From a bacterium (GTDB lineage: Bacteria > UBA8248): a stretch of 64,000 nucleotides of DNA. Of the stretch, positions 1 through 10,001 are shown piece by piece. Each line of letters starts with the position of its first letter. Positions within the stretch are counted from its first letter, which is position 1. Position numbers and translations under genes: made by a program. The stretch is taken from assembly GCA_965213625.1 (NCBI GenBank), contig CBDBZU010000004.1:800001-864000 (forward strand), given 5' to 3'. The notes below the pieces were generated by a model. The model was not told where the DNA came from and made no database searches. It saw only the letters and a list, made by a program, of their open reading frames with translations.

Positions 1-125
1 CTCCCTTAATCTTGAAGCATCCACCCCCTCCCCGCGTTCCGGCTCTTTCTCCCGTGTGCTAGAATCGTGGCCTCAAAAAACAACTCGGCATTTACAAGCC
101 GGTTCAGACACGATGGGAGCGCGCC

Positions 126-929
126 ATGAAAACCGTATCCGTAAACGGAATCGATATCGCCTACCAGGAATCGGGGAGCGGGCCGCCGCTCCTGCTCCTG
201 CACGGCTTTTCGCTGGATCACACCATCTGGGCGCCGCAGGTGGAAGAGTTGCAAAGAAGCTACCGCGTCCTGGTTCCCGACATGCGCGGCATGGGGCGGA
301 CGCCGCACTCAGGCGGGCAAATCACGGTCTCGATGATGGCCGACGACATGGCCGCTTTCCTCGGCGCGCTCGACATCAGCGCCGCCGCCGTGGCGGGCTT
401 CTCGCTGGGAGGCTACATCCTGCTCCAGATGGTGCTCCGCCACCCGCTCAAGGTGCGCGCGTGCGGTTTCATCAGCACACGGGCGGCGGCGGATTCAGAA
501 GAGGGAAAAAAGGTGCGCTTACAGCACATGCAGACCGTCATCAACGAGGGGATGGCGGGCTTCGCCGGGCACTTCATCGAAAGCCTCTTCGCGCCCGCCT
601 ACATCGCCGCCCATCCGCTCGAAATCGAGGCTACGCAAAAGGTCGTGCTCTCCCAGATTCCCGACTACATCGCCTCGCTCATCGACGCGCTCAGGACGCG
701 TGAGGAACTGACGCCGCGCCTGGGCGAAATCGCCGTCCCCTGCCTGGTGTTCGGCGGGACGGGCGACGCGCTGGTGCCGCACGCGCAGATGACCGCTTTA
801 CACAAGGGGCTGAGCGATTCCGTCATCGAGTTGGTGGATGGCGCGGGCCACACGACGCCGTTCGAGTGCGCGGATCGGGTGAGCTCCCAGCTTGACCAGA
901 TGATGCAGCGCGCGGGCATGTGGTTGTAG
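126..929 (+). CDS. alpha/beta hydrolase (enol-lactonase-like)
   Basis: LLLHGF oxyanion motif, G-F-S-L-G-G nucleophile elbow, C-terminal GAGH; RBS GGGAG upstream. Confidence 0.85.
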   Translation: MKTVSVNGIDIAYQESGSGPPLLLLHGFSLDHTIWAPQVEELQRSYRVLVPDMRGMGRTPHSGGQITVSMMADDMAAFLGALDISAAAVAGFSLGGYILLQMVLRHPLKVRACGFISTRAAADSEEGKKVRLQHMQTVINEGMAGFAGHFIESLFAPAYIAAHPLEIEATQKVVLSQIPDYIASLIDALRTREELTPRLGEIAVPCLVFGGTGDALVPHAQMTALHKGLSDSVIELVDGAGHTTPFECADRVSSQLDQMMQRAGMWL

Positions 930-1300
930 GCTTGACGTAAGGGGTTGTTGGAAAAGCCTCTAACAACCAGGGAATGGATTACTCAATCGACATACGCTCA
1001 TGAAATGACTCCCCCTTGCAGAACACCAACTAATCTCTTGCCCTCTAGCAGCATTGCCAACCAACGAGAGAGAAAAAATCACTCCCCCCTTGAGGGGGAG
1101 TCGACGAGGTAAGGGCGCAAGCCCGCAAGCGAGTCGGTGGGGGGTCAAAACCGACCGTTGAGGAAGGTTTTGCGAACCGTTGATATCCTGCTCTGCAAGC
1201 AATCGCTCCCTTTCCGGTCGTGACCCCCCACCGATTCAGACTTCGCACAAATCGCTCGGCTTCATCGTTGGGCTTTCCCCTCGGGAAGCCCAACCCTCAA

Positions 1301-2820
1301 GGGTCTGTTGAAAAACCCGGTGTTGGAAGCGGGCGTTTTGGCGGCTCACGCGGCGGCGGGGAGGCAGCCCAATTGGCGCGTGAGGGCGCCATGTGCGCGC
1401 AGCCGGCGTCTCCGGGCGGCACAGGCCGTCCAGAGGGCGAATATACGCGCCGCAAAAGCGGCGGCCAGCCGCTTGAGGTTCACCGCTATCGCCGTCAGGT
1501 AGGACTGGATCCGCATGTTCGCAAGGCCCCGGCGCACCGCCCGCCCCAGTCCGTGCCGGCTCTTCGCCTCGCCGTGGTAGCCCTCCGAGCGCCAACGGTG
1601 GCGGCCATAGAGACGCTTCTCCTCCTCCCCCCAGCGCGCATGCCGCCGACGCGCGCGCAACAGCGCCGGATACGCGTGCGGAATCAACACCGTCCTGCTC
1701 GTGCGCGACTTCGACAGACAATCCGCACGGAGCGCGCAGCCCGCGCAATCCCGCGTCTTCGATACATAGGAGCGCCCCCGCTCCGTCGCCTGCCGGGGGC
1801 GCAGCGTCTTGCCTCCCGGACACTTCACCACCTCGTTGCGCGCGTCGTAGTGGAACAACTGCAGCGGAACACGGCTCTGGCTGGGTTCCTTCTTCGCTGG
1901 TATCAGCGCTTCCACGCCCCGCCGCTCCAATTCGCCATAAACCTTCGAGTACGCGTAGCCCGAATCCGCCGTCACCATCTCCGGCGCGCGGCCCGACAAC
2001 TCGCTTACCGCCTCTATATGGGACGCCATCATCTCACGCTCGTTCCGCGTCCCCTCCGTCACCGACACGTCGAGAACAACACCCCGCTCATCGTCCACCG
2101 CCGCGTGCTGCTTGTAGCTCGGCTCGAACCCCGCCCGCGCGCTCTTGCGCGCAAGCCGCGCGTCCGGGTCCGTCCGGCTCACCCGACCCCCGCCACCGCG
2201 GCCTCCTCCCTTCTTCTCCCCCTCATCATCGACGGGATTCTCCCGAATCACCTTCTCCGCGTGGTGCGCCGCCAGACTCTCCCAGCTCACGTCCGCGCGT
2301 ATCAACGAGGCGTCCACGTGCACCACTTCCCCCTTCGCCACATTCGCCTCCAGGCAAGCCTGCACCGTGCGACGGAATATCTCCTTGAACCGAGCCTCCC
2401 CCCACCGCTGACGAATCCGCGTCAGGCTCGAATGATGCGGCAAATCCTCGTGCAGCCCGTACCCGATGAACCACCGGATCGCCAGGTGCGCACGCGCCTC
2501 GCGAAGCAGACGCCGGTCGTGTACGTAGCCCAGCAACATACCCGCAAGCATCAAGCGGAGCGCCACCTCCGGGTCGATCCCCGGTCGACCATTGTCCGCG
2601 CAATAGCAATCCGCCACCTCCTCACGAAGCCAACTCAAATCCAGTACGCGGTCCACGCGCATCAGGACGTGATCCTCGGGGATCAGCCGATCCAGCGAAC
2701 CGGCCACGAACAAATCCATCTGCTCGCGCCTCTTGCTGCCTATCATCGAGGGAACTCCCATCTCGGGCGAGATAGTGTCATTACACCCAATCACAATGCC
2801 GGGGGTTTTTCAACAGCCCC
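1301..2820 (-). mobile_element. IS1182-family insertion sequence, copy 1
   Basis: TIRs GGGTCTGTTGAAAAACCC / GGGTTTTTCAACAGCCCC, CTCAA on both flanks (1296-1300, 2821-2825), single transposase ORF; four copies in the window. Confidence 0.9.
1346..2794 (-). CDS. IS1182-family DDE transposase
   Basis: N-terminal GRPGIDP...RWF (DUF772-like), D(AS)/ADSGY/E catalytic residues, Cys cluster CPGG...CxxCxLRxxC, NLKRL end; true start may be the second Met (MIGSK). Confidence 0.9.
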   Translation of the reverse strand: MIGCNDTISPEMGVPSMIGSKRREQMDLFVAGSLDRLIPEDHVLMRVDRVLDLSWLREEVADCYCADNGRPGIDPEVALRLMLAGMLLGYVHDRRLLREARAHLAIRWFIGYGLHEDLPHHSSLTRIRQRWGEARFKEIFRRTVQACLEANVAKGEVVHVDASLIRADVSWESLAAHHAEKVIRENPVDDEGEKKGGGRGGGGRVSRTDPDARLARKSARAGFEPSYKQHAAVDDERGVVLDVSVTEGTRNEREMMASHIEAVSELSGRAPEMVTADSGYAYSKVYGELERRGVEALIPAKKEPSQSRVPLQLFHYDARNEVVKCPGGKTLRPRQATERGRSYVSKTRDCAGCALRADCLSKSRTSRTVLIPHAYPALLRARRRHARWGEEEKRLYGRHRWRSEGYHGEAKSRHGLGRAVRRGLANMRIQSYLTAIAVNLKRLAAAFAARIFALWTACAARRRRLRAHGALTRQLGCLPAAA

Positions 2821-2951
2821 CTCAAGGGGGGAGTGTTTAGCTGGCGCTCTGCAAGGGGGGAGTGAAGCCTCCCCACTCCCGGTCGGCTACATACGCCGAA
2901 TCACGAATTCAGGGTTTTTCAACAACCCCTGTAAGGACAGGTCGCGACCAC

Positions 2952-2977
2952 GGACAGGCACGGGGGCCTGTCCCTAC
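2952..2977 (-). repeat. GTAG-type REP palindrome (GTAGGGACAGGCCCCCGTGCCTGTCC)
   Basis: Same sequence at 58413-58438 and a variant at 31141-31167; supplies the TAG stop of the IMPase gene. Confidence 0.7.
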
Positions 2978-3747
2978 TCCCAGAAAACCCTCTCCCTCAA
3001 CCAGTCGATCTGCGCTGCCGGTGCGGCGAGGATGGGTTCGGGTGCCCGGCGTCCGTCGGCCAGGGCGGCGTAGTCGATCGCAGCTCCCGAGAGGTAGGCC
3101 ACGCTTCCCCCCGCGCGCTCGTAGATGAGCGCAGCGGCGGCGAAGTCATAGGCGCGTATCGGCTCCATCAGCGTACCGAAGGCCGAGCCCGCCGCCGTCA
3201 GGCAGATGTGGCAGGCGGCGGACGCCAGCGCGAGAAAGCGTCCGGGGTATTGGTGCGAAAGACCCGCCACCTCGCCGCACGGGACGAAAAGATAATCGTG
3301 ATCGCCGGGAACCCCCTGCCCGACTTGCGCCAGCGGCGCGCCGTTCCTCATAGCAGTGCCCGTGGCCTCGGCTGTAAAAATCTGCCCCATCGCGGGCATG
3401 TGGACGACGCCCGCCACAACGCGCGAGCCCCTGAGACACGCGATGGAGACCGCCCAGAAGGGGAGTCCTTTGAGATAAGGCCCCGTGCCGTCGATGGGGT
3501 CTATCGCCCACCAGCGCGTATTGGGGCCGATATCCTCCGCGCCGCTCGCACCGCTTTCCTCCGCGAGGACGGGATCGTCGGGATACGCCGCGCGGATCTC
3601 CCCGATGATGATGCGCTCCACCTCCCGGTCGGCGCGCGAGACGATGCTGCGTCCTTTGGGTTCCGCCTCCACGTGGCCGAACAGCTCCATCGCGCGCGCG
3701 CCCGCCTTGCGCGCGGTCTCTTCGATGAACGAAACGAGGTCTGACAC
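2974..3747 (-). CDS. inositol monophosphatase family protein
   Basis: AEE and IDPIDGT motifs; GTG start after AGGAG RBS. Confidence 0.85.
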   Translation of the reverse strand: MSDLVSFIEETARKAGARAMELFGHVEAEPKGRSIVSRADREVERIIIGEIRAAYPDDPVLAEESGASGAEDIGPNTRWWAIDPIDGTGPYLKGLPFWAVSIACLRGSRVVAGVVHMPAMGQIFTAEATGTAMRNGAPLAQVGQGVPGDHDYLFVPCGEVAGLSHQYPGRFLALASAACHICLTAAGSAFGTLMEPIRAYDFAAAALIYERAGGSVAYLSGAAIDYAALADGRRAPEPILAAPAAQIDWLRERVFWE

Positions 3748-3948
3748 CGGGTTCTCCTGACTCTTATAGATTCGAATTGCGCGCATGATGGAGGAGGCTT
3801 GAACCCATGACAAGGCAGGGGCGGACGCCAAGGGATTCACTCGATCCGCAAGCCCGCTTCGAATCATCGACAAAAGGGGGATGAATTGCTAAAAGGTGGA
3901 AAATTTCGCTCGCTTCGCGGCAAGCCCACAGACACAGGAGACGCATCC

Positions 3949-4386
3949 ATGCCATTCGCCCGTACCCATCGACTCACCACCAAGGGGGCCAAGCTGATGA
4001 TGACGGCCGCCATCGCCAAGGCGGAAGAATTCGGCATCCCCGTCACCGTGGCCATCGCCGACGCGGGCGGACACCTCGTCCTACTCGAGCGCATGGACGG
4101 CGGGCGCTTCCACACCGTGCACTCATCCACCACCAAGGCGGTGTGTTCGGCCTCGAACAAGCGGCCCACCACCACGCAGGGCGCGCAGGCGCAGCATCTG
4201 GATACAGCCCATGCCCTGGGCCTGGCCCTGGCCGCAGGTCCCGAGCGGTGGACGGCGATGGAGGGCGGCTTCCCGATTCTTTATGAGGGCGAATGCCTGG
4301 GCGGCATCGGCGTGAGCGGGGGCGACTGGGAGCAGGATTTGGCCATCGCGCGGGTGGCCGTCGAGGCGGTGGGCGCTTCTTTTTAA
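3949..4386 (+). CDS. GlcG/HbpS family heme-binding protein
   Basis: VAIADAGG..LLERMDG, KA, GGFPI, GGIGVSGG...D motifs; AGGAG RBS. Confidence 0.85.
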   Translation: MPFARTHRLTTKGAKLMMTAAIAKAEEFGIPVTVAIADAGGHLVLLERMDGGRFHTVHSSTTKAVCSASNKRPTTTQGAQAQHLDTAHALGLALAAGPERWTAMEGGFPILYEGECLGGIGVSGGDWEQDLAIARVAVEAVGASF

Positions 4387-4493
4387 GTCCGGGGCGCGGA
4401 TTGAAGCGTACCCTGGCGCGACGAGCCTTCGCCATAACCCGCAAAAAACATTTTCCATCACTTGTATCGGCATCATAAGGAGTCATACAAAAA

Positions 4494-5507
4494 ATGAGCT
4501 CAAAACCCCTGAGGGTGGCCGCACTCGGCATGGGCTGGTGGTCGGATGTGCTGGCCGACGCCATCGGCAGAACCGACAAGATAGAGATCGCCGCCTGCTT
4601 CACGCGCTCGGAAGACAAGCGCGCGGCCTTCGCCGAAAAATACAATTGTGAGGCGGCCGCGAGCTACGAGGAAATTCTGGCGGATGACTCCATAGAGGCC
4701 ATCATCAACACCACGCCCAACCACGTTCACCTGGAAACCACGAAAGCGGCGGCGGAGGCGGGCAAGCACGTGTTTCTGGATAAGCCCATCGCCCACACCG
4801 TTGCCGACGGCAAGGCGCTCACCCGCGCGTGCGCGGAGGCGGGCATGGTGCTCGCCATCGGCTACCAGAGGCGGCGGGAGAACCATTTCCGCTGGATCAG
4901 GAACCAGATCGACGCGGGCGAATTCGGCAGGCTCGTCCAGGCGGAGTGCAACATCAGCAGGGACAGGGAGGGCCAGTTCGAACCCGGCCACTGGCGCTAC
5001 CAGTCAGACGCCATGCCGGGCGGCGTCATGCTCCAGATCGGCATCCACTACGCTGACGTGCTGACCTACCTCATGGGGCCGATAGTCGCCGTATCGGGCC
5101 GGACGGCGCAACTCGTCCTGCCCGGCGACAACCCCGACGTGGCGAACCTGATTCTCGAGCACGAATCGGGCGCCATTTCGAACCTGACGGCCAGCTACGC
5201 CTCGGCGTCGGAGTATTACCTCATGAACATTTACGGGAAAACGGCCACGGCCTACTACACGCTTTTTGACGGCCTGCGCGTCCTCTACCGGGGCGAGGAG
5301 GCGCCCCAGGCGGTGGCGTGCGAGAAGAACGACACCATCAGGGAAGAGCTCGATGAATTCGCGGACGCCGTTCGCGGAGGTGCTGCGCCCGAAATGGGGG
5401 GCGAGGACGCCGTGTCCTCTCTCGCCGTCATCCGCGCCGGCGTGCGCTCAGCCAAAGAGGGACGCCGGGTGGAAGTGTCCGAAATCCTCGATGACGCGAA
5501 CGAATAA
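4494..5507 (+). CDS. Gfo/Idh/MocA family oxidoreductase
   Basis: GxGxW Rossmann start, TTPNHVH, GKHVFLDKP, GIH. Confidence 0.9.
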   Translation: MSSKPLRVAALGMGWWSDVLADAIGRTDKIEIAACFTRSEDKRAAFAEKYNCEAAASYEEILADDSIEAIINTTPNHVHLETTKAAAEAGKHVFLDKPIAHTVADGKALTRACAEAGMVLAIGYQRRRENHFRWIRNQIDAGEFGRLVQAECNISRDREGQFEPGHWRYQSDAMPGGVMLQIGIHYADVLTYLMGPIVAVSGRTAQLVLPGDNPDVANLILEHESGAISNLTASYASASEYYLMNIYGKTATAYYTLFDGLRVLYRGEEAPQAVACEKNDTIREELDEFADAVRGGAAPEMGGEDAVSSLAVIRAGVRSAKEGRRVEVSEILDDANE

Positions 5508-5532
5508 ATCATAAAATCTTAAAGGAGAAACC

Positions 5533-6330
5533 ATGCCACGCATTCAAGCCGGTGATATACAGCTCAACTACGCGGAACGAGGAGAGGGGGAGGCGTTCCT
5601 GTTCATTCCCGGCCTCATGGGCCTTCTGGACGCCTGGGATTTCCAGATGCCCCATTTCTCGGAACGCTACCGCTGCATCACCTTCGACCACAGGGGCACG
5701 GGCGAGAGCGACAAGCCCAAGGACGCTTATTCCACGGACTTCATCGCGCAGGACGCGGTCGCCCTGCTCGATACGCTGGGAATCGAAAAAGCCCACGTGG
5801 CGGGCACATCAACCGGAGGCTGCATACTGCAGAACCTCGCGCTCGATTATCCCGACCGGATCAACTGCTGCGTATTCACCAACACATGGACGACGGCTGA
5901 CCCTTACATGACGCGCTTACAGACCTCGCGCAAGCAGATCGCCGAGGCCTACGGGCTGGAGGAATACATCAAGTTCAGCTCCTTGTGGACGTGCGGGTGG
6001 ACGCAGTTCCGGAACATGTACGAGAACCTGCTGGAACTCGAAGCCCGCCAGAAGGACACCATCGCGCCAGTCGATGTCATCACCGCGCGCCTCGACATGA
6101 CGCTCAGTCACGACAGGACGTCCGAGATTCAGAACATCGACAAGCCCGCGCTCATCATCGCCGCGAAAGACGACGCCCTCACCCCGCCGTACTTCGCCCA
6201 GGACCTGCAAAAGGCGATAGCGGGCTCGAAGCTCGTGATACTGGAAGAGGGAGGCCACTACAGCTACCGCCGCTCCCACACCGAATGGAACGCGGCCGTG
6301 GATGCGTTCCTGGCCGAAGCGGGCGGCTAG
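5533..6330 (+). CDS. alpha/beta hydrolase (RutD-like fold)
   Basis: DHRGTGES, GTSTGG nucleophile, GGH; AAGGAG RBS. Confidence 0.8.
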   Translation: MPRIQAGDIQLNYAERGEGEAFLFIPGLMGLLDAWDFQMPHFSERYRCITFDHRGTGESDKPKDAYSTDFIAQDAVALLDTLGIEKAHVAGTSTGGCILQNLALDYPDRINCCVFTNTWTTADPYMTRLQTSRKQIAEAYGLEEYIKFSSLWTCGWTQFRNMYENLLELEARQKDTIAPVDVITARLDMTLSHDRTSEIQNIDKPALIIAAKDDALTPPYFAQDLQKAIAGSKLVILEEGGHYSYRRSHTEWNAAVDAFLAEAGG

Positions 6331-6679
6331 AGGGTTGGTGAAAAACCTCTCCTCGCTCGGAATTCACCCCCATAGGCGTGGCTGCGGACTTCGCCCTTGA
6401 GATGAGAGCGAAAGAATTACTCCCCCCTTGAGGGGGAGTCGAAGAAGCCGAGCCTCCGGCGAAGGCTGATTCGGTGGGGGGAATGATTTTCGAATGCAGG
6501 TTTGTACTAAAGTAAAAGCTCCCCCCACCGACTCGCTTGCGGGCTTACGCCCTTACCTCGTCGACTCCCCCTCAAGGGGGGAGTGGTTGGTTTGCACTCT
6601 GCAAGAGTGAATGTTTTTCCTCACGTCCAGGTCGGCTCCATTCGCCGACTCACGAAACCGGGCTTTTTCAATAACCCCC
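6331..6679. mobile_element. MITE-like element (family A) carrying an empty REP doublet
   Basis: Ends AGGGTTGGTGAAAAAC / CTTTTTCAATAACCCC; flanks CTAG (6327-6330) and TTAG (6680-6683) contain the stop codons of the two convergent genes. Confidence 0.6.
6419..6584. repeat. uninterrupted REP doublet (empty IS target)
   Basis: Two inverted hairpins ACTCCCCC(C)-TTGA-GGGGGAGT and ACTCCCCC-TCAA-GGGGG(G)AGT with inner CGGTGGGGGG/CCCCCCACCG repeats. Confidence 0.85.
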
Positions 6680-9600
6680 TTAGGCTTCCTCTTCTTCTTG
6701 TTCAATGAGGTTGACGGCTTTCCGGGGTCTCACGCGATCAGACGGCGCGCCGCTGGCGCCGCTTGGTGCGGCGGCCGGTGCGGCGGCGAAGCTGGCCGGA
6801 CGTATAAGCGCCAGGAAATCCACCCACAACGAAAAGACGACCGGTATCAGCAGAAGCGTGAAGAGCGTGGACATGGCCAGACCGCCCAGGACGGCCGAGC
6901 CCAGCCCCCGGTAAAGCTCGCTGCCCGAGCCTGAGGAAACCACCAGAGGCAGCATGCCGAGTACGGTCGTCGTGGTCGTCATGAAGATGGGGCGCATCCT
7001 GTCGCGCGCGCTCTCGAGAATCGCTTCGCGCATGGGCAGACCCGCGCGGAAATGGTTCAGCGCCTGGTGGACGAGCAGGATCGCATTGTTCACCACGATG
7101 CCCGTCAGGATGATGAAGCCCAGCATGGTGAGCGTGTCCATCTTCACCGACGGTTCTATCGAGTTCATGAGGCTTACCATCAGCACGCCGCCCGTTGCGG
7201 CGAAGGGCACGCTGAACATGATGATGAACGGGTAGCTCCACGCTTCGAACAGGGCCGCCATCAACAAATAGGTGATCAGGAGCGCCAGCAGCAGCGACCA
7301 CTTGAGCGACGCCCAGGTCCGCTCCAGATCCTTCGCCCGCCCGCTCACACCCAGCGAATAGCCGAGCGGAAGCGTCTGGCGCATCGGTTCGATGACTTCT
7401 TTCTTCATCTTGTCGATCGCCACCTGAAGCGGCAGCTCGCTCCCGATGTTGACCGTGAGCGTCACGGAGCGGTCGCGGTCGATGTGCTCGACCTTCGTCG
7501 GCCCGAGCGCCGCCTGCACCCGGGCGATGTCTCCGAGCGAAACGACCTGCCCCTCGGGCGTGTGCAGCTTGAGTTCCTCGATCCGCTGCGTTTGGGTGAA
7601 ATCCGAAAGCGGTCCGCGCAGGATGATGTCGAGTTCCTCTCCGCGATCCCGGAAAATGCCCGCCTTGGTTCCGTTCACGAGCGTCTCCACGACGCTTCCG
7701 AGTTCCGCGACCGACACGCCGAAATCCGACGCCCTCTGACGATCCACATGCACCTGAAGCTCGGGATTTCCTAAATCAAAACTCGAATTGACAAATCGCA
7801 CGCCCCCGAGTCCGCGCGCCCTGGCGCCCACGTCGGATGCGACGCGCTGAATCTCGCTCAAACCGTCTCCCGTGATGTCGACCTTCAAGTTGATTCCGCC
7901 GATGAAGCCCGATCCGCGCCGCCGGAACAGGGGCGCCTGTGTGACGAACGTGCGCACCCCGGGCGTTCCCTGGAGGTCTTTGAACAATTTTTTGACGAGG
8001 CTCCGCATGGAGACGAGGTCGGAGTATTCCTTCTTGGCGATGATACCGACGATGGGGTTTTGCGTACGCACCACGGCGAAAAACCGGTCGATTTCCTTGG
8101 AGCGCTCAAGCTTCGCCTCCAGAACCTGCACGACCTTGTCCACCTCTTCGAGGTTCAGGCCCGCGGGCGTTCGCACGATCACGAACAGGAGATTGCGGTT
8201 GCCTTTCGGCAGATAGTCGATGGGCGGGAAGGACAGAGCCGCCACGGCGATGGCGCCCGCCGTGATCAGCGCTGCCACGAAGATGCGCCTCATCACCCCG
8301 CGCAGCAGCCAGCCCAGGGTGGCCACGTAGATTCGCCGGCAAAGCCTGCCCAGCGCATACACCCCCAGCATGCTGAAAAATCGATCCACCGGAGATCTTT
8401 TTCCAGCACCGCTCAGGATGCGCGAACTCAGCATGGGCACGACGGAGATCGACACGATGAGGGATAGCGCCACCGCCACGCTGATGGCGATGGCAATGTC
8501 GCGGAAGAGCTGTCCGGATTCGTCCTGCACGAACACCACGGGGACGAAGACGGCCAGCGTGGTGAGCGTGGAGGCCAGCACCGCTCCCCATACCTCTTGC
8601 GCGCCATCCACGGCGGCGTTCCACTTGCTCTTCCCCATCTCGCGGTGCCGGAAGATGTTCTCCAGCACCACGACGGAGTTGTCCACCACCATACCGACGG
8701 CGAACGCCATACCCGCGAGCGAGATGATGTTGATGGAGCGGCTCAGCACGAAGATGAAGATGAACGTGGAGACCACGGTAACCGGTATGGCGACGCCGAT
8801 GATCATGACGCTCGAAAGGCTGCCCAGGAACAGGAGCAGCACGCCTATCGCCAACGCGCCGCCAATGAATATGTTGTTGATCACGAGGGAACGGGACTGG
8901 TCGATGTAGACGGTCTCGTCATAGACCTGCTTGAGCCTGATGCCGCGCCCCGCATAGATTTCGTTGATCTCGGCGAGCGCCTTTTTGACCCCCGCCATCA
9001 CCTCGATGGTGTTGGCGCCGGTTTTTCGCAATGCTCCGAAAGCCAGGGTAGGCTTCCGCCGGACGCGAATCCGCCGCTGGAGGTCGCCGTAGCCGAAGGA
9101 AACCTTCGCGACGTCGCGCAGGTAGACGGCGCCGCTTCCGTTTTGCGCGATAATGGTGTTGCGCAGCTGATCGAGGCGCGTGAAATTCCCCACTGTGCGG
9201 ACCGAATAGCTGCGCTTGCCCTCGTCAATCTTCCCCGCCTTGGTGTTCTTGTTCTCTCGCTGTAATGCCGCCCTCAAGGCGGGTACCGTGATCCCGCGCG
9301 CGCTCATGGCCGCGTAATCGAGCGTGACGCGGACTTCCCTGTCTTGTCCGCCGAACATCCACACCTGGCCCACCCCCTCCACACGCTCGAGCTTGGGGCG
9401 GATGACGTTTTCCGCCTCGATGCGAACCTCGTTGATGGGGAGATCGGTCTCGACGACCATCCAGGCGATGGGGTTTTCCGCATCGGAGTTTAAAGCGTTG
9501 ACGGTGGAACGGTCCGAATCTTCGGGCAGGTTGCGCACGAGACCCAGCTTTTCCGAGACGTCGAGCCTGGCCACGTCCTTGTTCACGTCCCAGTCGAATT

Positions 9601-9880
9601 CGAGGAAGACACGCGACTTGCCTTCCTCGCTGCGCGAAGTCATCCGGTTGAGGCCCTCCACCGAGGTGAGCTTCTCCTCGATGGGTTTCGACACCTCTTC
9701 CTCCACCTCCAGCGGCGCAGCGCCCCTGTATTCGGTCTCCACCGTGATGACGGGCCTGTCGATCGTGGGCGTCATCTGCACCGGAATCCAGTAGAGGCTG
9801 ATCGCGCCGAAGAGCACCGCCAGTATGACGCCGACGGTGGTCGTGACCGGATATTTTACGCTCGCGCGGGGCAGATTCAT
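6680..9880 (-). CDS. RND efflux permease (AcrB/AcrD/AcrF family)
   Basis: 1066 aa; GMVVDNSVVVLENI, GIVVNNAILLV, RMRPIFMT motifs. Confidence 0.95.
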   Translation of the reverse strand: MNLPRASVKYPVTTTVGVILAVLFGAISLYWIPVQMTPTIDRPVITVETEYRGAAPLEVEEEVSKPIEEKLTSVEGLNRMTSRSEEGKSRVFLEFDWDVNKDVARLDVSEKLGLVRNLPEDSDRSTVNALNSDAENPIAWMVVETDLPINEVRIEAENVIRPKLERVEGVGQVWMFGGQDREVRVTLDYAAMSARGITVPALRAALQRENKNTKAGKIDEGKRSYSVRTVGNFTRLDQLRNTIIAQNGSGAVYLRDVAKVSFGYGDLQRRIRVRRKPTLAFGALRKTGANTIEVMAGVKKALAEINEIYAGRGIRLKQVYDETVYIDQSRSLVINNIFIGGALAIGVLLLFLGSLSSVMIIGVAIPVTVVSTFIFIFVLSRSINIISLAGMAFAVGMVVDNSVVVLENIFRHREMGKSKWNAAVDGAQEVWGAVLASTLTTLAVFVPVVFVQDESGQLFRDIAIAISVAVALSLIVSISVVPMLSSRILSGAGKRSPVDRFFSMLGVYALGRLCRRIYVATLGWLLRGVMRRIFVAALITAGAIAVAALSFPPIDYLPKGNRNLLFVIVRTPAGLNLEEVDKVVQVLEAKLERSKEIDRFFAVVRTQNPIVGIIAKKEYSDLVSMRSLVKKLFKDLQGTPGVRTFVTQAPLFRRRGSGFIGGINLKVDITGDGLSEIQRVASDVGARARGLGGVRFVNSSFDLGNPELQVHVDRQRASDFGVSVAELGSVVETLVNGTKAGIFRDRGEELDIILRGPLSDFTQTQRIEELKLHTPEGQVVSLGDIARVQAALGPTKVEHIDRDRSVTLTVNIGSELPLQVAIDKMKKEVIEPMRQTLPLGYSLGVSGRAKDLERTWASLKWSLLLALLITYLLMAALFEAWSYPFIIMFSVPFAATGGVLMVSLMNSIEPSVKMDTLTMLGFIILTGIVVNNAILLVHQALNHFRAGLPMREAILESARDRMRPIFMTTTTTVLGMLPLVVSSGSGSELYRGLGSAVLGGLAMSTLFTLLLIPVVFSLWVDFLALIRPASFAAAPAAAPSGASGAPSDRVRPRKAVNLIEQEEEEA

Positions 9881-10001
9881 CCCCTCTCCTTCATCGGCGG
9901 CCTTTCTTTCACTCGCTCATGCGTGAAGCAGCGTTTCACATCCCTCGCCGCCCCATTCAAGTTTTCACAAACACAAAAAATCGGCTTCAGCCGAACGCGC
10001 C

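Larger units (their letters stand above)
1081..2834. repeat. REP doublet (ACTCCCCCCTTGAGGGGGAGTC...CGGTGGGGGG-spacer-CCCCCACCG...CTCAAGGGGGGAGT), interrupted by IS copy 1
   Basis: Same architecture as the uninterrupted copy at 6419-6584; 1102-1143 is near-identical to the reverse complement of 6521-6563. Confidence 0.8.
941..2930. mobile_element. non-autonomous MITE-like element (family A) enclosing a REP doublet and IS copy 1
   Basis: Inverted ends GGGGTTGTTGGAAAAG (941) / TTTTTCAACAACCCC (to 2929) resemble the IS TIR; GTAA repeated on both flanks (937-940, 2931-2934); right-end ~85 bp similar to 6595-6679. Confidence 0.6.

Noticed and set aside
1220-3073. Long antisense ORFs (412-650 aa) over each transposase
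   Set aside because: Arg/Pro-rich shadow frames of a GC-rich gene; their lengths and ends vary between IS copies
6419-6584. REP doublets as a CRISPR array
   Set aside because: Repeats are inverted and dispersed, with no direct repeat-spacer array and no cas genes
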